From Methanobacteriota archaeon (lineage in GTDB: Archaea > Thermoplasmatota > E2 > DHVEG-1): 64,000 bases of DNA. Position 1 is the stretch's first letter. Each line of letters begins with the position of its first letter. The DNA lies in NCBI GenBank assembly GCA_963769885.1, contig CAVYNH010000007.1:480001-544000 (forward strand), in the 5' to 3' direction. The notes below the pieces were generated by a model. That model worked only from the letters and a program-made list of their open reading frames with translations. It had not been told where the DNA came from and did no database searches. Of this stretch, positions 1-10,012 are shown in pieces. A program made the translations under genes and the position numbers.

Positions 1-3000
1 TCGTCCTCACCAAAAAGTGGTGAAAACCTCTTGGCCTACCACGGATATCTGTACGGCGGATATGGTTGGACCACTGGTTTTACCTGGGAAGTCGCCATGC
101 GCTTGACGCCGACTGAGATGAGTTCCTATGTAGGGCAATATTTCACGGCCGTCAACTGGTTTAACTACCACACCGAACCCTTGAGCGGGTCGATTAGAAT
201 CTACAACGGCACCGCCACCGGAACCACTACACTGATCAGTCAGACGCCGTACACCGTAACGGGTATCGGCTGGAAACGCATCGTCCTCGGCTCCCCAGTA
301 AAAGTGCCTGCGACTGGAGACATCTGGGTCTCCGTTCAATTGATGCAGACCCATGGTTATAGATACTATCCCTATGATCAGGGTCCTGCCGTCGTCGGCA
401 AAAGCGATTGGTATAATACCGGCAGTGGCTGGTCTGAGGTTCGAACTGGTAGTGCAAGCTACAACCGGAGCTGGATGATCGAGGCGATCGTCAGCAGTGC
501 CGCATCTGATGATGTCGGCGTCAGCGCCATCCTCAGCCCCGTCGGCGGCACAGCCGCTGGCGCACAGACCCCCAGCGTAACGGTCACCAATTACGGTACA
601 AACGATGCCACCAATATCCCCGTGAACGTGAAGATCGGCGCCGCGGGTGGATCACCAAATATATTGTACCGCGATGGGTTCGAAGCCTACAATGCAACTG
701 ACGGTAACTTACAGCATTACAATTTCCCACCCGGCTGGACTCGCAGTACAACGAACCGCCTGGCAACGTGGTACGTTTATACCAACTCCCTCGCCAACAG
801 CTATTCTCAGTACACCCCATGGTATACAAGCACCATGTATCCCAGGATCTTTGAGAATAACACTGCCGCTCAGGACGAGAGCCTGATCAGCCCGGCGATA
901 AACCTATCTGGCTTGAGCCGCGTCTGTCTGAACTTCACGAAGTACTTCTATTGCTCTGGAGCAGACAGCAAGGTGTATGTGAACTATAGCACGGACGGCG
1001 GCGTAACCTGGGTCCAGCGCTACATGTGGGGCGGTTTAACTACCACGAACAGCACCGCGGTTGCCCTTGACATGTCAGCGTACCCAGGAGTCCTCGGCTG
1101 CACGAACTTTAAGGTGAAGTTCGAGTGGGTCAGCGGCGCAGACGCTTCCCTTGTCGACTACTTCTACTTCGACAACTTCTACGTCTACAAGCCGGTGGCC
1201 TGGGGACCATACGGGAATAATCCGCCCGCAGGCTGGACCATCACGAACGCCTCAACCGGATGGACGTATAACCAATGGCACCGATCCCCCTCGACCTACA
1301 CCAGCTACGACTTCCTTAATTACTATGCCCGTCTCTACTATGCGAGCCCCTACCAGGCGAGGAACGACTCCCTCATCTCACCGGTCATCAACTGCGTAGG
1401 CCTCACCCAAGTCAAGCTGAGTTTCGCCAACTACTGGTACTACGACTCGGCCTACCTTATGCGAGGTTACGTAGAAGGCAGCACGGACGGCGGCGCCACC
1501 TGGCCATACCTGGTTCGGAGCTTCATGTATCCATACGAGTACGTCTATTACACCTATTGCTTCGACATCTCCAGCTGGGCAGCGGGACAGGCGAATGTGA
1601 AGATCCGCTTCCGTTTCGTAGAACCGGCCACGAATTATGGCTCCTACTGGTACATAGATAATGTGTGTGTCGGATCCAATACCGAAACAAGATTGATTGA
1701 GACCTTCGACGGACCCGGATATTTCACGAACTTCAAGGACGTCTCCAGCTACTATGGGGATGGAATGCATTGGATGTACGCGAATAATAAGCAAAATCTC
1801 GGTATCTGGACGAGCCAGGCGTGGCAAAATTCATACTACTATAGCCAAAACTTTGCGACAACCTGGACCACCTGGGCCACACCGGTCATTGCGCCTCACG
1901 GCGGCTTGCGGTTTGGATTCTACTACTACAACTCCGCTCTTGTGCAGAAAAGGCTCTACGCTGGGCCCTTCGACCTCGCGACAGTTCAAGCCCCGAAGCT
2001 GAGCATCTGGATGTTCCATGATGTAAACGGTCCTACCTACAACGACTCAATCCAGGTCCAGGCTTCCTTCGACGGTAAAGCCTGGTTCGACTGCGGCGCC
2101 CCAATCCTGCGTTCGACCACACTCGGAGGCTGGCCAGCCGGATGGGTCAACCATAGCGTCGACCTCACCGGTTTCGGCGGATCCAATACGGTCTACGTCG
2201 CATTCGTTGGAACCCCCCAGACTAGCTACAGCATGGCGATCGATGACATGACCATCTACAACCCCGGTTTCGCCATACGATATGAACGAAACGCCACCGT
2301 TAACCTCACCGCGGGTCAGAGCCAGACCCTAACCTTCGATAGTTGGACGCCGTTAGGATGGCATAACGCGACACAGCAAAACACAACGGTTTCCTACACC
2401 ATCATCGGTCGCACCAACATGGTCGGTGACCAAAAACCGAGCAATGATGCCTTCACGAAATCGATCTCGTTGTACTATCCGTTCATCAACGACGTGAAGG
2501 TCGACAGCATCCTCCAGCCAGTCAGCGGTACCGCGCAGACGCTGCCCGTCTCCCTCGTCGTCAAGAACATCGGGCAGGACCCCGAGTATCCATTCTTCGT
2601 CAAGGCTGAAATCGGCACGACAACCCATATTATTAACGGGTACTCCTCGAGCTTCGATATCGACAACGGCAGTTTCGTGGTCCGCAACGGCACCCAATGG
2701 GAGTGGGGCGTACCCACAAGCGGCCCCATGGCGGCACACTCCGGGACGAAACTCTGGGCGACTAAGCTCGCGGGCAACTACGAGAACCAACGCGCCGCCC
2801 TTATGTCACCGCAAGTCACCGTCCCAGCCACCAACTCGATGCTGACATACTGGCACTGGTATGACTTCGAGAACAGCTACGACGGGTACAACGTCAAGAT
2901 CTCCACCAACAACGGGACAACCTGGACGCTGATGACACCGGTCTCGCCTGCCTACTCCGGAGTGACCAACACCGCGAACCCACTCGGAAACGGCGTTGCT

Positions 3001-4398
3001 GGCATCCCCATCTACACCAACCATGGGTTTAATTACTGGGCGATGGTGACTTTCAACCTGGCGGCCTACGCCAACCAGACCGTGAGGATCTGCTTCGACT
3101 TCGGCGCTGACACCTCGGTCTTCTACCCCGGTGCCTACATCGACGACGTGCTGATTGGATCGGATACAGTGGTCCTGACGATGGAGTACACACAGTACGC
3201 GGCGGTCACCACCGTGCTCAACCCCGGTGAGTCCCGCACGCTGACCTTCCTCAACTGGACCCCCGCTAACATCGCCGCAGGCGTCCCCGGCACCATCGAG
3301 TACGCTGTCAAGGGAACCACCCTGCTGCCAACCGACGGCAACACCGCAAACGACATGAAACAAAAAATCTTCGCACTCGACTACTGGCATGATGTGAGTG
3401 TGACCGCGATCACCTCCCCAAGCTTGGTGAAAGTCCTAAGCTTGAAAGCCCCAAGCTTGAAAGCCGTCCTCTACAAGGCACCCGGCGTGCAACAAATCAA
3501 GGGCACCGTTAAGAACACCGGGACGTTCAACGAGATAGGACTAGTCGCGCATGCGGTCATCACCAACACCACTGCAGAGGTCTACAACAACACCGTCGGC
3601 AGCATCAACCTCCCGGCACTCACCGGTCAACAAGATTTGACCTTCCCTGACCAAAACTTTGTCGTTGAAGGACTCTACACCCTGACCATGAGCCTGCCGC
3701 TGTCAGGAGACAAATACCCGACCAACAACCAGCAGACCCTCAGCATCGGCATTGACGCGACCCCACCGACCACCACCGCTGCCTTGAACCCGGTGAACCC
3801 GAACGGGCTCGCCAACTGGTACATCACGAACCCCACGGTCACCCTCACCGCAAGCGACCCAATCCTCAGCGGTGGCGGCTCCACTCCGGGATCCGGCGTC
3901 GCCAGCATCAAGTACAAGATCGACTCCGGCGTCGAGATGACCTACACGGGCTCGCCGTTCCCAATCACCGGCGACGGCTCGCACACGGTCACCTACTGGT
4001 CCATCGACAAGGTCGGCAACACCGAGACACAAAAGACCACGCCGCCCATCAAGATCGACACAACCCCACCGCTCGTGAACATCACGAAGGAGAAGCACCT
4101 GAACTCGATGATCTTCACCGCCAACGCCACCGACGCAACCAGCGGCATGAACCGGGTCGAGTTCTACGTGGAAGACGCCCTGCAGTTCGTGGACACCGAG
4201 GCCCCATACCAGTGGACCATGAGCCCCGTGCCCCCGGGCACGAACCTGACGGTCAAGGCCATCGCCTACGACAACGCCGGCCTCTTCGCCTCGATTACGA
4301 CGGGATCGGTCGTCTCACAGCCAACCTGGCAGACCCAGCCCGCCCAGCAACAGACCCAGGGGACAGCCACGCAGCAACAAGTCAGTAGGACAAACTAA
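1..4398 (+). CDS. Giant secreted/surface multidomain protein, 5'-partial (CARDB-like Ig domains, several jelly-roll adhesin-like domains, C-terminal Ig-like domains, Gln-rich tail)
   Basis: Frame is open from base 1. Repeated motifs include PPxGWT...LISPxI...STDGGxTW...IDN/DD, DVGV..I..P...ND and D.TPP. C-terminus is QPTWQTQPAQQQTQGTATQQQVSRTN. Confidence 0.8.
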   Translation, partial: SSSPKSGENLLAYHGYLYGGYGWTTGFTWEVAMRLTPTEMSSYVGQYFTAVNWFNYHTEPLSGSIRIYNGTATGTTTLISQTPYTVTGIGWKRIVLGSPVKVPATGDIWVSVQLMQTHGYRYYPYDQGPAVVGKSDWYNTGSGWSEVRTGSASYNRSWMIEAIVSSAASDDVGVSAILSPVGGTAAGAQTPSVTVTNYGTNDATNIPVNVKIGAAGGSPNILYRDGFEAYNATDGNLQHYNFPPGWTRSTTNRLATWYVYTNSLANSYSQYTPWYTSTMYPRIFENNTAAQDESLISPAINLSGLSRVCLNFTKYFYCSGADSKVYVNYSTDGGVTWVQRYMWGGLTTTNSTAVALDMSAYPGVLGCTNFKVKFEWVSGADASLVDYFYFDNFYVYKPVAWGPYGNNPPAGWTITNASTGWTYNQWHRSPSTYTSYDFLNYYARLYYASPYQARNDSLISPVINCVGLTQVKLSFANYWYYDSAYLMRGYVEGSTDGGATWPYLVRSFMYPYEYVYYTYCFDISSWAAGQANVKIRFRFVEPATNYGSYWYIDNVCVGSNTETRLIETFDGPGYFTNFKDVSSYYGDGMHWMYANNKQNLGIWTSQAWQNSYYYSQNFATTWTTWATPVIAPHGGLRFGFYYYNSALVQKRLYAGPFDLATVQAPKLSIWMFHDVNGPTYNDSIQVQASFDGKAWFDCGAPILRSTTLGGWPAGWVNHSVDLTGFGGSNTVYVAFVGTPQTSYSMAIDDMTIYNPGFAIRYERNATVNLTAGQSQTLTFDSWTPLGWHNATQQNTTVSYTIIGRTNMVGDQKPSNDAFTKSISLYYPFINDVKVDSILQPVSGTAQTLPVSLVVKNIGQDPEYPFFVKAEIGTTTHIINGYSSSFDIDNGSFVVRNGTQWEWGVPTSGPMAAHSGTKLWATKLAGNYENQRAALMSPQVTVPATNSMLTYWHWYDFENSYDGYNVKISTNNGTTWTLMTPVSPAYSGVTNTANPLGNGVAGIPIYTNHGFNYWAMVTFNLAAYANQTVRICFDFGADTSVFYPGAYIDDVLIGSDTVVLTMEYTQYAAVTTVLNPGESRTLTFLNWTPANIAAGVPGTIEYAVKGTTLLPTDGNTANDMKQKIFALDYWHDVSVTAITSPSLVKVLSLKAPSLKAVLYKAPGVQQIKGTVKNTGTFNEIGLVAHAVITNTTAEVYNNTVGSINLPALTGQQDLTFPDQNFVVEGLYTLTMSLPLSGDKYPTNNQQTLSIGIDATPPTTTAALNPVNPNGLANWYITNPTVTLTASDPILSGGGSTPGSGVASIKYKIDSGVEMTYTGSPFPITGDGSHTVTYWSIDKVGNTETQKTTPPIKIDTTPPLVNITKEKHLNSMIFTANATDATSGMNRVEFYVEDALQFVDTEAPYQWTMSPVPPGTNLTVKAIAYDNAGLFASITTGSVVSQPTWQTQPAQQQTQGTATQQQVSRTN

Positions 4399-4415
4399 CA
4401 AGGACACCCGAACAA

Positions 4416-4450
4416 GGGAGGACACCCTCCTCCCCCCTCTCTTCTTTTTT
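4416..4450 (+). terminator. Hairpin plus pyrimidine/T tract
   Basis: GGGAGGA-CACCC-TCCTCCC stem followed by CCTCTCTTCTTTTTT, just after the stop at 4398. Confidence 0.6.
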
Positions 4451-4633
4451 AATACTCAAGCCTCCAGCGGATAGCAGATCCCCCCGCCCTCCTGATGACT
4501 TGGAGGGAGCCAGCCTCGTCCGCCGACTCATCAATTTATATATATGAAATCTATAATTAATTCTAACAAGGACCCTGCCTGCATCAGGTTAACCGACCCT
4601 CACCACTCCCACTAGGATATGGAGATGTAACTT

Positions 4634-7294
4634 ATGACCATACCACCAGCTCACTCCAATAGATCCACCACCCGGCTCCTGGCCCTGGCGCTCTGCCTGA
4701 CCATGTGCCTGCCCCCCGCAATCATCGTCAGCGCCGCTGAAAACCACACCAATCACGCACCCACGACGCTCACCTACCAGTTCGCCTTCGAGCCACCCAC
4801 GCTCACGACCACCCGTCTCTACGGCCGCACGTTCTCCCAACTCCACCTCAGCGGCGCTATGAACCTCGGCAAGGACGTCGGCGGACCCAGCATGCCGGTC
4901 AGCTTCGTGAAGCTCGCCTTGCCAGCCGAGACGACCATCGAGGCCATCACGGTCACCGGTCCCGCGCAGACCATCAACGCCCCGGGCCTCCTCCAGCAGC
5001 CCCTCATGCCCTTCCAGCGCGAGCTACCGTTCTCCAGCCCAGCCCCCACCGAGATCGCCTACGACGCGGCACTCTACCACCTGACCACCCCCTACCCCTC
5101 GACCACCTACGACGACGACTACAGCATCGGCTACTGCCGCGGCTACACCATCCTCTCCCTCCCCCTCATGTCTGTCCAGTACATCCCCAACTCTGGGACC
5201 CTCCTCTTTCATCCGCAGCTGACCATCAGCATCACCCTGAAGCCTGCTGCAGCGAACCCGCTCCTCCGCTACTCCGCTGACGATGAAGCCTGGGTGCGCA
5301 GCCTCGTCAGCAACCCCGAAGTCCTATCAAGCTACGGGTCCGTCAAAGGCCCCTTCACCTACCCCGGCGGCCTCTGCGGCCCAAGCCAACACTATGATTA
5401 CGTCATCATCACCACCACCACCAACAGCCTGAACCAGTGGGCGACCAACAGCACCGTCCCCTACAACTGGGACAGCCTCCTCGCCCAGCATGCGATGGAG
5501 GGCCTCTCGGGCACCGTCGTCACGACCCAGGTAATCCAAGCCTGCCATGACTACTACAACCCCGACCCGCTCTTCAACGACAGCCAGGCACGCATCCGTG
5601 AGTTTTGCAAGGACGCCTACCAGGACTGGGGGACCATGTACGTCCTGATCGGCGCCGATGGGGAAGCCAATTACATCCCCGCGCGCCTCATGGACTATTC
5701 CTACGAATCCAACGTGGATGCAGATATCTATTGGAGCAACCTGGACAACACCTTCAACGCCGACCATGACACCCATTGGGGCGAGGAAGGCGACCTCGGC
5801 TTCGACCTCTACAGCGAGCTGTACATCGGACGGCTCACCTGCGACACTCCAAAGGATGTCTCCAACTGGATGACGAAGAGCTTCGAGTACATCAACGAGA
5901 ACAACCTCAACATCCTGGAGAATGCCGCGTTCTACGGCGGCGACACCACCTGGAACTGCCAGGGAGACGACTTCGTCGACTACAGCGCCATAAAAGGGAC
6001 GACGAACTGGCTGGGCCCCAACCCAGGCGCCCACGGCGCCTACCCCGCCTGGCTCGGCTTCCAGTACGGCTTCCAGACCTGGAACCAGCACAACCCCGCG
6101 ATCCCCTATAACCTCACCCAGGCATGGACCGCGGAGCCGACCAACCCCGGCTGGAGAGGCGGCTCTGAGTCCGCGGCTATCGCGGGCCTTCGCAACGCCA
6201 TCAACAGCAACAACGTCACCCTTCTCTCAGGCATTGCCCACGCGGATCCCACCATGTCATTAGACGTCTACGATTCTGACTGGCGGACGCTGTATACCAA
6301 CACCAAGCCGTTTTTCATCACCGACTACGGCTGCCACTGCGGCGACTTCACTGGCGCCGACGACGGCGTCCTCGACGCCATGCTGTTCTACTCAACCCAT
6401 CTCGCCTTCGGCTGCACCTACAACACCGGGTACGGCTGGGGATCCCAAAGCGACACCAACTCATCAAGCGCCCTGCAGCAGAAGCTGTTCTGGGACTACA
6501 TGTTCGACATGACGAACCACTCGAACAACACCGCAAACTGGCAGTTGGGCAAGGCCCATGCCTACTCCAAGGACGAGATGGCGCCCACCGTCAATTGGAC
6601 CTACACCGGTGCTCCGGGCAGCTGGCGCGGCATCATCGAAAGCTGCCTGCTCTTCGCAGACCCGGCACAGCGGATAAAGCCCGTCAGGCTGAACCATCAG
6701 CCCACCATCCCTACGACGCCAGACGGGCCGACCTCCGGGACGGTCGCGGTGAACTACACCTTCACCACGAGTGCGACTGACCCGGACAACGACAGTCTCT
6801 ACTACCGTTTCGACTGGGGCGACGGTACCACCAGCGGCTGGGTCGGGCCGTTCGACTCCGGGGCATCAGGGAATGCCTCCCATTTCTGGACCTCCGGGGG
6901 CAACTTCACGGTCAAGGTCCAGGCGAGAGACTTCCAATTCTCCACCGAGTGGTCAGACTCGATCATCATCCGGGTCGGCTGCCCAATCCTGCAAGTCCAA
7001 GACATCAAGGGCGGCATCGGCGTCAGGGTCACCTTCCTCAACGTCGGCGACGGCAACGCAATCACCAACTGGCGCATCACGGTGACCGGCGGCCGGATCA
7101 GCCTCCAGAAGACCGGCCAGATTGAGTCCCTGCCCGTCAACGAGCCGCAGACTGTCCGTCCCTTCCCGCTCTTCTCGGGCCTTGGGAAGATCAAGATCAT
7201 GGTGGAGGCCAGCGCCGTGTACGGCAACGAGCTTACCGCGCATGCGACCGGCTTCCTCCTCGGACCATTCGTCCTTAGAATTGCTATGAGTTAG
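4634..7294 (+). CDS. Gingipain-like C25 cysteine peptidase with propeptide, PKD domain and conserved C-terminal domain
   Basis: Signal peptide; YDYVIIT, IREF, YVLIGAD and IGR motifs; catalytic His (IAHAD) and Cys (YGCHCGDF); LLFADP; PKD motif YRFDWGDG. Confidence 0.85.
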   Translation: MTIPPAHSNRSTTRLLALALCLTMCLPPAIIVSAAENHTNHAPTTLTYQFAFEPPTLTTTRLYGRTFSQLHLSGAMNLGKDVGGPSMPVSFVKLALPAETTIEAITVTGPAQTINAPGLLQQPLMPFQRELPFSSPAPTEIAYDAALYHLTTPYPSTTYDDDYSIGYCRGYTILSLPLMSVQYIPNSGTLLFHPQLTISITLKPAAANPLLRYSADDEAWVRSLVSNPEVLSSYGSVKGPFTYPGGLCGPSQHYDYVIITTTTNSLNQWATNSTVPYNWDSLLAQHAMEGLSGTVVTTQVIQACHDYYNPDPLFNDSQARIREFCKDAYQDWGTMYVLIGADGEANYIPARLMDYSYESNVDADIYWSNLDNTFNADHDTHWGEEGDLGFDLYSELYIGRLTCDTPKDVSNWMTKSFEYINENNLNILENAAFYGGDTTWNCQGDDFVDYSAIKGTTNWLGPNPGAHGAYPAWLGFQYGFQTWNQHNPAIPYNLTQAWTAEPTNPGWRGGSESAAIAGLRNAINSNNVTLLSGIAHADPTMSLDVYDSDWRTLYTNTKPFFITDYGCHCGDFTGADDGVLDAMLFYSTHLAFGCTYNTGYGWGSQSDTNSSSALQQKLFWDYMFDMTNHSNNTANWQLGKAHAYSKDEMAPTVNWTYTGAPGSWRGIIESCLLFADPAQRIKPVRLNHQPTIPTTPDGPTSGTVAVNYTFTTSATDPDNDSLYYRFDWGDGTTSGWVGPFDSGASGNASHFWTSGGNFTVKVQARDFQFSTEWSDSIIIRVGCPILQVQDIKGGIGVRVTFLNVGDGNAITNWRITVTGGRISLQKTGQIESLPVNEPQTVRPFPLFSGLGKIKIMVEASAVYGNELTAHATGFLLGPFVLRIAMS

Positions 7295-7317
7295 GAGAAG
7301 ATATAGGAAAGTAAGAG

Positions 7318-9939
7318 ATGAAACCTATGAACAATAACCATCGAAACGGTATCGTGGCAGCGGCAATCCTGATGCTCCTTCTCGGAGCCTTCCTGCCGCT
7401 CCACCAGGTCAGCGCCGGACAGACGCAGAATCCCCTCAGGATCTCAGTCGCGACGGACGACGACGCCATCACCATCACCTATGATATCGACGGCGTCATC
7501 ATGAACCCTGTGACCATCAGCGGGCAGGCGTACACCATCCCCCGCCTCAGTGGAGAATCCCACCTACTCATCGCAGGAGAGCCGGATCTGCCCTTGATCT
7601 GCCGCAGCGTCATCATCCCGGGCACCGCCCGGATGCAGGCCCAGGTCACAGACGCCTCCTATGTCGACTACACCGGCGTCCGCGTCGCCCCCTCCAAGGG
7701 AAACCTGAAGCGGACGGTGAACCCTGATGAGGTCCCGTACACGCTCGGGTCCGTCTACGACTCAGACGCCTGGTACCCGGCCTCGCCGGTCTCCCTGCGC
7801 GAGCCGTACATCCTGCGCGACTACCGCGGGCAGACCGTGGTCCTTTGCCCCGTGCAGTACAACCCTGTCCGCCAGACCCTGCGGGTGTACTCCCAGGTGA
7901 CCGTCCAGGTCACGGTCGTCGGCGAGGACACCGTCAACTGCCTGCCGCGTACAGCGCCCGTCACCAAGGTTGATTCGTGCTACGCGGACATCTACGCCCA
8001 TCAGTTCCTCAACTACGGCACCGGGCGGTACACCCCAGTGGCGGAACAAGGCAACATGCTCATCATCACCTACGACAGTTTCTACCAGGACATGGTGCCC
8101 TTCCTGCAGTGGAAGATCAGCGAAGGCATCCCCACGCAGATGGTGAACGTCTCCACCATCGGCAACGCGAACGCGATTAAATCCTACATCGCCAACTACT
8201 ACAACACCCAGGGGCTGACGTTCGTCCTGCTCGTCGGCGACTCCGCGCAACTGCCGACCTACATGCTCTCCGGCGACGCCTCAGACCCCAGCTACTCCTA
8301 CGTCGTCGGCAGTGACCATTACCAGGACCTGTTCGTCGGGCGGTTCTCCGCTGAGAATAACGCCCAGGTCCAGACCCAGGTCCAGCGCAGCATCGAATAC
8401 GAACGGGACCCGCAGATCTCGGCCGCTTGGTACAACAAGGGATTGGGCATCGGCTCAGAGTTCGGCCCTGGCGATGACAACGAGTATGATTATCAGCACA
8501 TCCGGAACATCCGCACCGACCTCATGAGCTACACGTATACCGCGGTCGACGAGCTCTATGGCGGCAGCCAGGGCGGCCTAGACCCACCCGGTGAGCCGAC
8601 GACGACGATGGTGGCCACCTCGGTCAACGACGGCCGCAGCATCATCAACTACTGCGGGCACGGCGACGTCACCCTCTGGGGGACGAGCAGCTTCAGCGTC
8701 ACGAACGTGAACCAGCTCACCAACGACAACATGCTGCCCTTCATCGACTCCGTGGCGTGTTACGTGGGCGACTTCGATGGCCAGACCTGCTTCTGCGAGG
8801 CCTGGCTGCGCGCGACCCACAACGGCGAGCCCACCGGGGCGATCGCGCATTTCGGCTCCACCATCTCCCAGAGCTGGGATCCTCCCATGGACGCGGAGGA
8901 TGAGACGGTCGACCTTGTCTGCGAGCACTATACCAGTAACGTCAAGCATACCGTCGGCGGGATCTACTACTGCGGTTGCATGCTGATGAATGACGATTAC
9001 GGCACCGCGGGCACCGGGGAGACCGACTACTGGACAATCTTCGGCGACCCGTCGCTGCAGATCCGTACGGCCACCCCGGCACCGCTCAGCGTCACCCACA
9101 ACCCTGGCATCCCGATCGGCAGCGAGTTCTTCGATGTGACCGTCGCTGGCGTCCAGGGCGCACGCTGCGCCATCTCCCGCAGTGGTGAGCTCATCGGGGT
9201 CGGCTACACGGATGCCACCGGCTTGGCTCATATCTTGTTCAACGGGCCGTTGTATGGGGCCCAACCGGTCAAGCTCGTGGTCACCGCGTACAACAAGCAG
9301 CCCTACATGGCCGACCTTGTGGTCTTCGCAGGGTCACCGCCGTCGACGCCTGCCGCGCCCACAGGGCCCGCCGTAGGCAACGTCGGCGTCAACTACTCGT
9401 TCACGGCCACCACCTCAGACCCGGACAACGATACCGTCTCCTATCGGTTCGACTGGGGCGACGGCAACATCAGCGGCTGGGTCGGCCCCTATGCCTCCGG
9501 TACGCCGGGATCCACGGGCCATGCCTGGGCGGACGGCGGCACCTTCAGCGTCCGCTGTCAGGCCAAGGACGTCTACGGACTGCCGAGCAACTGGTCCGAG
9601 CCCTCCAGCATCCACATCCTCAAGCCGAACGTGACCATCAAGAGAATCGCCAGCAGCCTGCTGGGCATCAGCATCGTCGTCGACAACGTCGGCGACGCCA
9701 ACGCCAGCCTCATCCCCTGGTCCGTTGACTGCAAGCGGCTGTTCGACTATCTCCCCCAGTTCAGCCAGCACTTCGAGGGCAACATCACGGAGATCGCGGC
9801 CGGCGGCACGAAACGAGTACACGTCGGACCGTTAATAAATATCGGCATGACACAAATGACCATAAAAGTCTATGATAAAGTAACCCATGCTACAGGAATA
9901 ATCCTTGGCATGATGGTCATCGTCATCCCGACGGCCTAA
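7318..9939 (+). CDS. Gingipain R-like C25 cysteine peptidase with propeptide, Ig, PKD and C-terminal domain
   Basis: Signal peptide; APSKGNL propeptide motif; FVLLVGD and VGRFSAE; NYCGHG and VACYVGDF catalytic dyad; IFGDPSL. Confidence 0.92.
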   Translation: MKPMNNNHRNGIVAAAILMLLLGAFLPLHQVSAGQTQNPLRISVATDDDAITITYDIDGVIMNPVTISGQAYTIPRLSGESHLLIAGEPDLPLICRSVIIPGTARMQAQVTDASYVDYTGVRVAPSKGNLKRTVNPDEVPYTLGSVYDSDAWYPASPVSLREPYILRDYRGQTVVLCPVQYNPVRQTLRVYSQVTVQVTVVGEDTVNCLPRTAPVTKVDSCYADIYAHQFLNYGTGRYTPVAEQGNMLIITYDSFYQDMVPFLQWKISEGIPTQMVNVSTIGNANAIKSYIANYYNTQGLTFVLLVGDSAQLPTYMLSGDASDPSYSYVVGSDHYQDLFVGRFSAENNAQVQTQVQRSIEYERDPQISAAWYNKGLGIGSEFGPGDDNEYDYQHIRNIRTDLMSYTYTAVDELYGGSQGGLDPPGEPTTTMVATSVNDGRSIINYCGHGDVTLWGTSSFSVTNVNQLTNDNMLPFIDSVACYVGDFDGQTCFCEAWLRATHNGEPTGAIAHFGSTISQSWDPPMDAEDETVDLVCEHYTSNVKHTVGGIYYCGCMLMNDDYGTAGTGETDYWTIFGDPSLQIRTATPAPLSVTHNPGIPIGSEFFDVTVAGVQGARCAISRSGELIGVGYTDATGLAHILFNGPLYGAQPVKLVVTAYNKQPYMADLVVFAGSPPSTPAAPTGPAVGNVGVNYSFTATTSDPDNDTVSYRFDWGDGNISGWVGPYASGTPGSTGHAWADGGTFSVRCQAKDVYGLPSNWSEPSSIHILKPNVTIKRIASSLLGISIVVDNVGDANASLIPWSVDCKRLFDYLPQFSQHFEGNITEIAAGGTKRVHVGPLINIGMTQMTIKVYDKVTHATGIILGMMVIVIPTA

Positions 9940-10012
9940 GAAAGATTAATCAGCATGGGGAGATATTATTCTCCCCATACCTTTGTTTTACCGACAACAG
10001 GGGAAGCACACC

